NCBI GenBank assembly: GCA_030690835.1
Contig: JAUYFW010000015.1
Span: 1 to 62,137, forward strand
Reading direction: 5' to 3'
Length of the DNA stretch: 62,137 bases
Source of the DNA: Sulfurimicrobium sp.
GTDB lineage: Bacteria; Pseudomonadota; Gammaproteobacteria; Burkholderiales; Sulfuricellaceae
The notes under the pieces are model-generated. The model saw only the letters and a list, made by a program, of their open reading frames with translations, was not told where the DNA came from and searched no databases. How positions within the stretch are numbered: position 1 is the first letter of the stretch; each line of letters opens with the position of its first letter. Positions 1 to 8,930 of this stretch are shown here, piece after piece. Both the position numbers and the translations under genes were made by a program.

Positions 1-183
1 AAGCCCGTACCCAAAAAACCACCGTGTGTACGCGATGTGATTCGCCGGATCGCTGGCCTGGGTGGATTCCTTGGCCGCAAGGGCGATGGCGAACCCGGTG
101 TGAAGACCCTCTGGCTCGGCTGGCAGCGCGTCAGAGATTTCGTCGAGGGACTGGAGTACGCCAGGAAGTATCATGTTAAATGA
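1..183 (+). mobile_element. IS4-family (IS50/Tn5-like) transposase, C-terminal end, truncated by the window edge
   Basis: Frame +1 reads ...IAGLGGFLGRKGDGEPGVKTLWLGWQRVRDF...HVK*, the characteristic C-terminal motif of IS50-group transposases; not in the ORF track. Confidence 0.85.
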
Positions 184-201
184 GTTGTGGGGAATCACAT
201 G
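184..201 (+). mobile_element. Probable right terminal inverted repeat of the IS4 element
   Basis: GTTGTGGGGAATCACATG directly follows the transposase stop; the partner end lies outside the window. Confidence 0.5.
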
Positions 202-204
202 GGC

Positions 205-1371
205 TTACAGACCGGCGTCATCCCGCAGTGCCGCTGCCTTGTCTGTCGCCTCCCACGAAAATTCCGGTTCGTCGCGGCCGAAGTGGCCGTAGGCGGCGGT
301 CTTCTCGTAGATCGGGCGCAGCAGGTTGAGCATCTGCACGATGCCCTTCGGCCGCAGGTCGAAGTGCTTCTTCACCAGTTCGGCGATGGTGGCGTCGGCG
401 ACCTTGCCGGTGCCCTGCGTCGTGACCCATACCGAGGTCGGCTCGGCGACGCCGATGGCGTAGGAAATCTGCACCAGGCACTTGCTCGCCAGCCCGGCGG
501 CGACGATGTTCTTCGCCACGTAACGGCCGGCATAGGCAGCGGAGCGATCGACCTTCGACGGATCCTTGCCGGAGAAGGCGCCGCCGCCATGGGGCGCCGC
601 ACCGCCATAGGTGTCGACGATGATCTTGCGCCCGGTCAGGCCGCAGTCGCCCTGCGGGCCGCCGACGACGAAGCGGCCGGTGGGGTTCACCAGGTACTTG
701 ATCTCGCCCTTGATCAACTCCTTGGGCAGCATGGGCTTGATGATTTCCTCGATCACCGCTTCGCGAATCTGCGGCAGTTCCATATCCGGCGCATGCTGGG
801 TGGAGAGCACCACCGTATCGATGGAATGGGCCTTGCCGTCCTGATAGCGGATAGTCACTTGCGACTTGGCGTCGGGACGCAGCCAGGGCAGGCGGCCGTC
901 GCGGCGCAGCATCGACTGGCGCTCGACCAGACGGTGCGCGAGATAGATCGGCAGCGGCATCAGCACCGGCGTCTCGTCGCAGGCGTAGCCGAACATCAGG
1001 CCCTGATCGCCGGCGCCCTGGTTCAAATTGTCGTCGTAGGCCTGGTTCACGCCCTGGGCAATGTCGGGGCTCTGCTTGTCGTAGGCCACCAGCACGGCGC
1101 AGCCCTTGTAGTCGATGCCGTACTCCGTGTTGTCGTAGCCGATGCGCTTCAGCACGTTGCGCGTAATGCCGATGTAATCGACGTTGGCGCTGGTGGTGAT
1201 CTCGCCGGCGAGAACCACCAGGCCGGTGTTGCACAGGGTTTCGGCGGCAACGCGTGAATGTTGATCCTGCGCCAGAATGGCGTCGAGGATGGCATCGGAA
1301 ATCTGGTCGGACACCTTGTCCGGATGGCCTTCGGAAACCGACTCGGAAGTGAAGAGAAAATCGTTTGACAT
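205..1371 (-). CDS. metK: S-adenosylmethionine synthetase
   Basis: [19 protein letters not shown] and GGGAFSGKD motifs. Confidence 0.99.
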   Translation of the reverse strand: MSNDFLFTSESVSEGHPDKVSDQISDAILDAILAQDQHSRVAAETLCNTGLVVLAGEITTSANVDYIGITRNVLKRIGYDNTEYGIDYKGCAVLVAYDKQSPDIAQGVNQAYDDNLNQGAGDQGLMFGYACDETPVLMPLPIYLAHRLVERQSMLRRDGRLPWLRPDAKSQVTIRYQDGKAHSIDTVVLSTQHAPDMELPQIREAVIEEIIKPMLPKELIKGEIKYLVNPTGRFVVGGPQGDCGLTGRKIIVDTYGGAAPHGGGAFSGKDPSKVDRSAAYAGRYVAKNIVAAGLASKCLVQISYAIGVAEPTSVWVTTQGTGKVADATIAELVKKHFDLRPKGIVQMLNLLRPIYEKTAAYGHFGRDEPEFSWEATDKAAALRDDAGL

Positions 1372-1435
1372 GGTCTCGCTCCATAAACAAAAACGCCTCG
1401 TTGCTGCGGCGAGGCCGGCTTCGAGGCGTGAGCGG

Positions 1436-1512
1436 GCGACGCTTTAGCGTAATTTGTTTTTCCACCGTTGCCGGTGTTCTCCGCCACGCAAGTTGTCATT
1501 TAACTCGGCGGA
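1436..1512 (-). ncRNA. SAM-II (long-loop type) riboswitch aptamer
   Basis: Minus strand TCCGCCGAGTTAAATGACAACTTGCGTGGCGGA...GCTAAAGCGTCG: P1 stem, TTGC loop and GCTAAA pseudoknot tail, in the metK leader. Confidence 0.8.
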
Positions 1513-1666
1513 ACAGGGTGCATTTTAGCAGCCTCCCGGGTTTTCCGGGTGGCTGCGGTAAACCCGAACAGGACCCGGCGAGCGCCGTATCGCCAACGCC
1601 GACTCTTGGTGTTCGGTCATTCCCGCGGTCTCGACACACCCGGGATTCCGCTTCGCGGCGGGCGAA

Positions 1667-1971
1667 GCGGGAATCCAGTAGTAATTGTGAGAATGCCGGG
1701 ACTCGCCCCGGCGGGCGAGATACTTTCTTGCTGCGCGGCAAGAAAGTACCCAAAGAAACGCACCCCGCCGCCCCGGCCCTGCGGGCTACCCTCGCGGAGA
1801 AAGGCCCGCCGGGCCGGTCGCTAAACTAGCCGCCCGCTACGCGATCGTCGTCGGACAACGCGACCGGAATTCCCCGGCGAACCTTCCTCCACTCGGCGGG
1901 ACAGAGGGGAAGGCAAACCACCGCGCGTGTTGGGTTGTGCCGAGAACAAATGCGAAGACGACCCCTTATCG
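1667..1971 (+). repeat. Left arm of a 305-bp inverted repeat (outer similarity extends to ~1582)
   Basis: Reverse complement of 3108-3412 with about 9 mismatches by manual alignment; internal hairpins such as TACTTTCTTG-CTGCGCGG-CAAGAAAGTA. Confidence 0.95.
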
Positions 1972-1977
1972 TGAAGC

Positions 1978-2958
1978 CTACGTTTTGCGTGGATCGCTCC
2001 ACAAATGACATTGACCTCCTTCCCATTTTCCGACCTGTTCAGCCTTCCGATAGATCGGCCCAGAGTAAGCATAGTCTGGCCCCAGCCACCTATATTCCTT
2101 ATTGGGTAGAAACTCAAATCCATGTAGCTTGAATGAACTCGGGTCTGCGTTGATCATGTTGTAGCAGTAGTCCGATGGAATCACGCTTTTCCTATTTGTC
2201 TCTGGGTACGTTTGAATTACCAAGTCAATAATCTCAGTCCTAGAAAAGTTCTGGCCCTCCTTGCCGACAAAAACATTCACGACCTTATCCCTTGTCGTTA
2301 GCTTGTCGCTCATTGCCATATACCCCACTAAATTCACGCCAATTTTCTCTGGCGGTAGATTGTTGCTTGAAGCCGTTACCTGATCTGTCGGTTTCGCTCC
2401 AGTGGTTCTCCGCTTCAAACTAGGGGAAAAAATCATCTTGTGATACGAGAAGAGTGCTCTATCAATTTCTCTCAGGGAAAATCCTGAATTCTCGCTTGCG
2501 ATCTTCAAGATTGCTACCGTGAACACTGGGTATCGCACCAAATCCGTCGCCGATGACTGGAGAAGACCAGCATGCTTCAACGTCTCGACAGTTCGGATGT
2601 CGATGATCGGAAAGACATCTGGATACATCAGATGAAGCAGAGTAGAGCCTACGGGTGCACCAATACCGTGAAGTTGGCACAACACGCCAAGCTTCTGGCT
2701 GTTTGCTGTACGAATAGCATCCGCAATACCCTTTTCGTACACAGAAAACTCATTGAGCCTGACTATCCCCTTTACCCTTGGCGACTTCCAATCCAGAACA
2801 CGAACAAACGTGCCTTTGGAGAGAGAGCCGATTTCGTTCATCTCCTTGCGAATCTGATCGACCAAGCTCTGGTATTCGGGCTCGTCACGTTCAATCTCGT
2901 CATATCTTGGATGCCATGTCGAAATGAATGCTGAATCAATTACGAGCCGTTCCGGCAT
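1978..2958 (-). CDS. Hypothetical protein: HhH DNA-glycosylase-like N-terminal domain plus a C-terminal domain resembling DUF7225
   Basis: WKSPR...LHGIGAPVGSTLLHLMYPDVFPIIDIR...REIDRALF and C-terminal SVIPSDYCYN motifs; lower GC than the flanking genes. Confidence 0.7.
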   Translation of the reverse strand: MPERLVIDSAFISTWHPRYDEIERDEPEYQSLVDQIRKEMNEIGSLSKGTFVRVLDWKSPRVKGIVRLNEFSVYEKGIADAIRTANSQKLGVLCQLHGIGAPVGSTLLHLMYPDVFPIIDIRTVETLKHAGLLQSSATDLVRYPVFTVAILKIASENSGFSLREIDRALFSYHKMIFSPSLKRRTTGAKPTDQVTASSNNLPPEKIGVNLVGYMAMSDKLTTRDKVVNVFVGKEGQNFSRTEIIDLVIQTYPETNRKSVIPSDYCYNMINADPSSFKLHGFEFLPNKEYRWLGPDYAYSGPIYRKAEQVGKWEGGQCHLWSDPRKT

Positions 2959-3107
2959 AACCTTCTCCCGCGTATTGAAGCGTGTCTGTTACCTGCTTCG
3001 ATGAGGAAAGTTATCAGAATCTTCGGTCAATAGTATTGAATTCTGCATCCACGTCCGAACGCGTCCATCGGCCACGCCTCAATCCCGGCGAGGATGCGCT
3101 CGTTGTG

Positions 3108-3412
3108 CGATAAGGGGTCGTCGTCGCATTTGTTCTCGGCATGACCCGACACGCGCGGCGGTTTTCATTCCCCTCTGTCCCGCCGAGTGGAGGAAGGTTC
3201 GCCGGGGAATTCCGGTCGCGTTGTCCGACGACGACCGCGTAGCGGGCGGCTAGTTTAGCGACCGGCCCGGCGGGCCTTTCTCCGCGAGGGTAGCCCGCAG
3301 GGCCGGGGCGGCGGGGCGCGTTTCTTTGGGTACTTTCTTGCCGCGCAGCAAGAAAGTATCTCGCCCGCCGGGGCGAGTCCCGGCATTCTCACAATTACTA
3401 CTGGATTCCCGC
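3108..3412 (-). repeat. Right arm of the 305-bp inverted repeat (outer similarity extends to ~3513)
   Basis: Inverted copy of 1667-1971. Confidence 0.95.
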
Positions 3413-3591
3413 CCCGGATCGGGGTCCGGGGTGACGTTCCTTCGCGGGGATAGCCTGCCCCGGACTCGATCCGGGGACGGGACACCAAAGAGTCGGCGCT
3501 GGCGATACGGCGCCCATCGAGTCTGCGTAAGGTGAACGGATCAGAATCCGGCGACCGCCGTATCGCCAATCGTGAGTGATAAAGTGCGCCC

Positions 3592-4830
3592 ATGCTCTGG
3601 CTGATCCAGTTCTGCGCGGCACGCGCCGCCTTCGCCACGATGTTCACCGCATGGTCGGCGGTTCTGCCGCTGCTGCGGACCGACTGGCAGATGAGCGCGT
3701 GGCAGGCCGGCATGGTGCAATCGGCTTATCACGTCGGCTTCCTCGCGTCCCTGTTCGCGGTCGGCTTTCTTTCCGACCGCTTCGGCGCACGCCGCATCTA
3801 TCTGGCGACCAGCGTTGCGGCGGTGGTGAGTGGCCTGCTGTTTGCCTTCTTCGCCGACGGTTTCGTTTCGGCCCTGCTGCTTTACGGCCTCACCGGTCTT
3901 TGTTCCGGCGGTTCCTACACGCCGGGGCTGGCCATCGTCGCTCAGCGGATGCGCGAACGGCAGGGCCGCGCCCTGGGTTACTACCTCGCCGCCGCCTCGC
4001 TCGGCTATGCCATCGGATTGCTGATCGCCAGCGCCATGATCCCGCTCGCCGGCTGGCGCGGCGCCTTCGTCGTCACCGCCTGCTGTCCGCTGCTGGGCAT
4101 GGTGCTGGGTTTCCGGGCGCTGCGCGACGTGCCGAACATCGTGCATGCGCTGCCCGACGGACACGGCGATCGCAGCCGCCTGCTCGAAGTGATGCGCAAC
4201 AAGCCGGCGATGCTCTCGATCTGGGGCTATACCTTTCATGCCTGGGAGCTGCTCGGCATGTGGGCGTGGTTGCCTGCGTTTCTGGCGGCCGCGGCCATCG
4301 TCGGCGGCAGCAACGGCACCCAGGCGGCCAGCCTCGGCGCCACCCTGACCGCACTGACCTATCTGGCTGCCGTGGTCGGCAGCGTGCTCGGCGGCTCGCT
4401 GTCGGATCGTTTTGGACGCACCCTGGTGACATTGCTGATGTCGGTGGCCAGCCTGGCCTGCTCCTTTGCCTTCGGCTGGATGATCGGCTTGCCGATGTTC
4501 GTGCTGGTCGCCGTAGCGGTGTTCTACAACCTCACCGGTGTGGCCGACTCCTCGATCCATTCGACGACGCTGACGGAACTCACCGATCCCCGCTATCTGG
4601 GTGCCGCCTATTCGCTACGCTCGCTGATGGGCTTCGGCGCCGGTGCGATTTCGCCCTGGGTCTTCGGCCTCGTGCTCGACTGGGGCCGGGCCGGCGACGG
4701 CCTCCCCGATCACGTGGTCTGGGGCCTGGCCTGGTCGACGCTGGGGCTGGGTGGGCTGCTCGGGCCGGTGGCGATCTGGCGCTTGCGCCGGATGCCTGAG
4801 GCGATGAAACTGGCGAACGGGAAGCGCTAA
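3592..4830 (+). CDS. MFS transporter
   Basis: About 12 hydrophobic segments; motif A GFLSDRFGARR and GSLSDRFGRT. Confidence 0.92.
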   Translation: MLWLIQFCAARAAFATMFTAWSAVLPLLRTDWQMSAWQAGMVQSAYHVGFLASLFAVGFLSDRFGARRIYLATSVAAVVSGLLFAFFADGFVSALLLYGLTGLCSGGSYTPGLAIVAQRMRERQGRALGYYLAAASLGYAIGLLIASAMIPLAGWRGAFVVTACCPLLGMVLGFRALRDVPNIVHALPDGHGDRSRLLEVMRNKPAMLSIWGYTFHAWELLGMWAWLPAFLAAAAIVGGSNGTQAASLGATLTALTYLAAVVGSVLGGSLSDRFGRTLVTLLMSVASLACSFAFGWMIGLPMFVLVAVAVFYNLTGVADSSIHSTTLTELTDPRYLGAAYSLRSLMGFGAGAISPWVFGLVLDWGRAGDGLPDHVVWGLAWSTLGLGGLLGPVAIWRLRRMPEAMKLANGKR

Positions 4831-5007
4831 GGGGAGCGCGGGCCGGCCCCGACATTTCGTGCCGATGATTGCACTGCTGCCCGGTGTTGAGCGGTGCAAT
4901 TGTCATTGAAACGAAAGATGCCAAGTTTGCAGGCGCGGGCGAATCGACCCCGTTGGATCATTCGCAGATCGAAAGGGAACAAACCCATGAACCGTTCTCG
5001 ATAAACG

Positions 5008-5031
5008 GAAAACGGGAGCCGAAGCTCCCGT
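5008..5031 (-). terminator. Rho-independent terminator of the PEP-CTERM gene
   Basis: ACGGGAGC-CGAA-GCTCCCGT hairpin with a T-run on the minus strand. Confidence 0.65.
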
Positions 5032-5053
5032 CCGTATCGCGCCGAAGCCTGAA

Positions 5054-5782
5054 TCAGCTTGGCCGTCGATTCCTGCGGCGTGCGATGAAGCCGAGCAGAC
5101 CAAGGCCGGCCAGCAGCATGGCGTAGGTCTCGGGTTCGGGGATGGGGGCAGCGACTGAAGCGACATCGCCGTCACGGACAGCCCAGACGTACGAACTGCT
5201 GGTTTTTTGTAGCCCTCCCTGGCCACCGGTAATGTAATCAAAACTCCATGCGTGGGTGGCTGTAAAAGGTGCATGCCAGGAATTTCCGTACCAATAGGGG
5301 TCCGAACGCAAATTGATTACCAGTCCTACGTTTTCCTGCCCGCCGGAATCCCCATTTCTATGCACTCCATAATCCGGCTGGAGGGTGGTGGAGGGGAAGG
5401 GCAACCGATAGCTTTTGAGTCCCAGATTCACCAGAAACATGTAGCCGAGTTCGGAATTCACGCTCGGAGCGATGTAACTGTAGTCAACACCATTAACCAG
5501 AGGGGTTCCCAGGGTGACTTTAGGCAAACGCCAGTCGGAATAGCCTCCGTAAACGAGATTTTCCGTCCACGTTTTGGCGTCATTCCATTTGAGGTTTCCG
5601 CCACTTACATAGCCTATGGTATCGCTATAGCCGCTGGTCTTGGCGTAGTTGGCGTCCTGCAGCCAGGTCACGTTGAGCACGTCGTCGTACAACAGGCCAC
5701 CGCCCCGGTCGATCAGCGCTGCCTGGGCACTTCCTGCGACCCACATCGACAATACCGCCAGGAACGTCTTATTGAACTTCAT
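5054..5782 (-). CDS. PEP-CTERM sorting domain protein (secreted, DUF1566-like)
   Basis: Signal peptide MKFNKTFLAVL...AQA; C-terminal IPEPETYAMLLAGLGLLGFIARRR; GGAGG RBS before ATG at 5782. Confidence 0.93.
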   Translation of the reverse strand: MKFNKTFLAVLSMWVAGSAQAALIDRGGGLLYDDVLNVTWLQDANYAKTSGYSDTIGYVSGGNLKWNDAKTWTENLVYGGYSDWRLPKVTLGTPLVNGVDYSYIAPSVNSELGYMFLVNLGLKSYRLPFPSTTLQPDYGVHRNGDSGGQENVGLVINLRSDPYWYGNSWHAPFTATHAWSFDYITGGQGGLQKTSSSYVWAVRDGDVASVAAPIPEPETYAMLLAGLGLLGFIARRRNRRPS

Positions 5783-5835
5783 TTCCACCTCCTTTGGTAA
5801 CTGCAATGCAGTTTGAATTGCGCAAAAGAACCCAG

Positions 5836-5854
5836 CAATAGCCCTTTCGGACTA
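5836..5854 (-). promoter_or_regulatory. Putative regulator-binding inverted repeat shared by both PEP-CTERM genes
   Basis: TAGTCC-GAAA-GGGCTATTG; 16/19 identical to 20276-20294 and at a similar distance from the ATG. Confidence 0.55.
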
Positions 5855-5970
5855 ACGGAAACCGGCAATGCGCTGCGCTGCCTTGATCGGCCTAAGCCAG
5901 GAAGGAGGCGGACAACAGGGGATACGGGGCCGTCAGCGATGGCTCGCACGCCGACGCCCGGCGTTACCTT

Positions 5971-6744
5971 CTAGCGCGTCGGATGCGCGAAGCCGCGCTT
6001 GCTGCCTGCGATGAAGGCAGCGAGTTCAGTCACGGCAGCGCTGTTCATCGCCTTCATGAGCGCCAGCGCTTCTTCGAGCGGTACTCGTGAATACATCAGG
6101 CGGTAAGCCTCTTTCAGCGCCCCGATCTCGTCCTTGCCGAAGCCGTTGCGGCGCAGGCCGACCAGATTGAGGCCGCGGGCGCGGCCCGGGTTGCCGTCGG
6201 TGATGCAGAAGGGCAGCGCATCCTGCACGACCTTCGCCGACAAGCCGACCATCGCGTTCCTGCCGATGCGGCAGAACTGGTGCACGGTGACGGCCGCCGA
6301 GATGAAGGCGCGATCATGCACCACCACTTCGCCGGCGATGCCGGCGGTATTGGCCATCACCACATGGTTGCCGACCACGCAGTCGTGGGCGACGTGGCTG
6401 TAGGCCATGAGAAAGCAGCCATTGCCGAGCCGGGTGGCGCTGCCTTCGCGCGAGCCGCGGTGCACCGTGACGCCCTCGCGCAGCCAGTTGTCGTCGCCGA
6501 TCTGCGTATGGGAGAGGCAATCCGGCTTGAACTTGAAGTCCTGCGGATCGCCGCCGATCACCGCGTGTTCGGCGATGCGGTTGCGCGCACCCATGCGCGT
6601 GTGGCGCTTGATCACGGCATGCGCCGCGACTTCGCAATCGTCGCCGAGGACGACGTCTTCCTCGATCACGGCAAAGGGGCCGATGCGGATATTGGCGCCC
6701 AGCCGCGCGTCGGCAGCGATGACGGCGCTGGGGTGAATGCTCAT
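5971..6744 (-). CDS. lpxA: Acyl-ACP:UDP-GlcNAc (possibly UDP-GlcNAc3N) acyltransferase, LpxA family
   Basis: Hexapeptide repeats, IGGDPQDFKF, HVAHDC, VHQFCRIG, GLNLVGLRR; outside the usual lpxD-fabZ-lpxA-lpxB context. Confidence 0.9.
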   Translation of the reverse strand: MSIHPSAVIAADARLGANIRIGPFAVIEEDVVLGDDCEVAAHAVIKRHTRMGARNRIAEHAVIGGDPQDFKFKPDCLSHTQIGDDNWLREGVTVHRGSREGSATRLGNGCFLMAYSHVAHDCVVGNHVVMANTAGIAGEVVVHDRAFISAAVTVHQFCRIGRNAMVGLSAKVVQDALPFCITDGNPGRARGLNLVGLRRNGFGKDEIGALKEAYRLMYSRVPLEEALALMKAMNSAAVTELAAFIAGSKRGFAHPTR

Positions 6745-7835
6745 GTCAGTGCTAGCCGGATCGCCCCGGTGATGCGCTCGATCTGCTCGTCCTGCAGCAT
6801 CGGCGAGATCGGCAGTGACAGGCAGCGTAGCGCGACGCTCTCGGTGACCGGCAGCCTGACCTGGCCGTGCGTGGCGGCAAACATTTCCTGCCGGTGCAGC
6901 GGCACCGGGTAGTACACGGCGCAGGCAATGCCGGCGTCGGTCAGCGCCTTCTGGATCGCGTCGCGGCGGTCGGAGAGAATCGTGTATTGGTGATAAACGT
7001 GACGCCCATGCCCATCGGCGAAAGGCGTTTCGACCAGGCCCGCCAGTTGCCGGTTGTAAGACTCGGCGATGGCGCGACGGCGGTTGTTGAAGTCATCCAG
7101 ACGTTTCAGTTTCACGCGCAGGATCACGGCCTGGATTTCGTCCAGCCGCGAGTTGTAACCCAGCACATGATGGTGGTAGCGCACCCGCGAGCCGTGGCTG
7201 GCCAGCACGCGCAGTTCGGCCGCAAGCCGGTCGTTGTCGGTGATCATCAGGCCGCCGTCGCCGAAGGCTGACAGATTCTTCGACGGATAGAACGAGGTGC
7301 AGCCGATGTCGCCATAGGCGCCCGATTTGCGGCCCGCATAGTCGGCGCCGAAGGACTGCGCGGCATCCTCGATCAGCTTCAGTCCGTGTTTGTCGCACAG
7401 CGCCTGCAGCGGCGCCAGATGCACCGGCTGGCCGAACAGGTGCACCGGCACGATGGCCCTGGTGCGCGGCGTGATGGCCGCCTCGACCTGGTCCAGGTCG
7501 AGGTTGAAGGTCCGCGCATCGATGTCGACGAACACCGGAGTGGCGCCGCACATGACCACCGTCGAGGCGGTGGCGACAAAGGTGAAGGGCGTGGTGATGA
7601 CCTCGTCGCCCGGCCCCAGGCCGATGGCGCGCAGGGCGATCAGCAGGGCATCGGTGCCGGAGGCGCAGGAGATGGCATGTTTGACGCCGGCATAGGCGGC
7701 GGCTTCCGCCTCGAAGGCCTTGACGTTGGGGCCGCCGATATACTGGCAGGCCGCCAGCGCCGCCGTCACGGCGGGTTCGATTTCATCGCGCAGCAAGGCA
7801 TATTCGGCGTTGAGATCAAGCATCGGAATGTTCAT
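6741..7835 (-). CDS. DegT/DnrJ/EryC1/StrS PLP aminotransferase, GnnB-like
   Basis: SGTDAL, IEDAAQS, SFYPSKNL motifs; start taken at MNIPML. Confidence 0.9.
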   Translation of the reverse strand: MNIPMLDLNAEYALLRDEIEPAVTAALAACQYIGGPNVKAFEAEAAAYAGVKHAISCASGTDALLIALRAIGLGPGDEVITTPFTFVATASTVVMCGATPVFVDIDARTFNLDLDQVEAAITPRTRAIVPVHLFGQPVHLAPLQALCDKHGLKLIEDAAQSFGADYAGRKSGAYGDIGCTSFYPSKNLSAFGDGGLMITDNDRLAAELRVLASHGSRVRYHHHVLGYNSRLDEIQAVILRVKLKRLDDFNNRRRAIAESYNRQLAGLVETPFADGHGRHVYHQYTILSDRRDAIQKALTDAGIACAVYYPVPLHRQEMFAATHGQVRLPVTESVALRCLSLPISPMLQDEQIERITGAIRLALT

Positions 7836-7863
7836 GGGTGCGGGCTTCAGGAAAGCGCTAGCT

Positions 7864-8850
7864 TCAGCAAAAGGAGTTCTGGCGGGCGGCAATCATGCGG
7901 TCGATCTCCAGCGCGATGGCCAGCGCGTCGCGGCCCTCGCGGCCGCTGACCACGGGCTGGGTGCCATGGCGCACGGCGGCGACGAAGGCCTGGATCTCCG
8001 TCATCAGCGCATCGCCGGGCGGTTGCTGGAAGGTCTCGGTGTCGATCGGCGGTTGATCTTGGGTACCCGCGTCCACCCGCGCCTCGCGCTTCCTGCTGAT
8101 GCCGATGCGGCGGTCGCCGAAATCGATCGAAATGTATTCGTGGTGCTGGAACACGCGCAGGCGGCGCAAGCTGGCCGTCGAGGTGCGGCTGGCAGTCAGG
8201 TTGGCGACGCAGCCGTTGGCGAATTCGATGCGCGCGTTGGCGATGTCGATGCCGTCGGTCAGCACCGAGACTCCCGAAGCGCGGAGGTCGGCAACCGGGC
8301 TGCCGACCAGCGGCAGGATCAGGTCGAGATCGTGGATCATCAGATCGAGTACCACCGACACATCGATGCCGCGCGCCTTGAACGGCGCCATGCGGTGGGC
8401 TTCGATGAACACCGGCCGCCTGATCCTGTCGCGCACCGCGAGCCAGGCCGGATTGAAGCGCTCGAGATGGCCGACCTGCAGCACGAGGTGCTGCGCATCG
8501 GCCAGTGCAATCAGTTCGTCGGCCTGCGCCACGGTAACCGTGATCGGCTTTTCCGCCAGCACATGCACGCCGGCGGCCAGGCAATCGCGCGCCACGGCGT
8601 GATGGGTCTCGGTGGTGCTGGCGACCGAAACCAGGTTGATCCCGGGCCTGGTTTCGAGCAGTTCGCGATAGTCGGTGAAAGCCGCCACGCCCAGCTCCTT
8701 CGCCACGCGCTGCGCCGTCTCCGGGTGCGCATCCACCACCCCGACCAATTCCACGCCGCCATCCGCAGCGCTGAGCGCGGCGTACTTCTGGGCATGAAAG
8801 CGGCCCAGATAGCCGACACCGATGACGGCAGCTCGAAGTTTCTTGGTCAT
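7864..8850 (-). CDS. Gfo/Idh/MocA NAD-dependent oxidoreductase, GnnA-like
   Basis: AVIGVGYLG, AEKPI, GHLERFNPA, DLMIHDLD motifs. Confidence 0.9.
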   Translation of the reverse strand: MTKKLRAAVIGVGYLGRFHAQKYAALSAADGGVELVGVVDAHPETAQRVAKELGVAAFTDYRELLETRPGINLVSVASTTETHHAVARDCLAAGVHVLAEKPITVTVAQADELIALADAQHLVLQVGHLERFNPAWLAVRDRIRRPVFIEAHRMAPFKARGIDVSVVLDLMIHDLDLILPLVGSPVADLRASGVSVLTDGIDIANARIEFANGCVANLTASRTSTASLRRLRVFQHHEYISIDFGDRRIGISRKREARVDAGTQDQPPIDTETFQQPPGDALMTEIQAFVAAVRHGTQPVVSGREGRDALAIALEIDRMIAARQNSFC

Positions 8851-8930
8851 GACGACGAAATCGGGAGAATGGGCTGAGGAGCAAACAGTAGGCGATAATT
8901 CTACTTGCTTTGGCACTTTCCCATTCTTCG

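Noticed and set aside
187-1257. Long antisense or alternate-frame ORFs (also 20753-22507, 35030-36733, 27180-28511, 13203-14399, 55110-56201)
   Set aside because: Shadows of well-identified genes in GC-rich DNA; no recognisable motifs
1496-3713. Near-identical short ORFs in the two repeat arms (MGTFLPRSKK..., MPGLAPAGEIL...)
   Set aside because: Identity follows from the DNA repeat; no RBS, codon bias or transposase motifs
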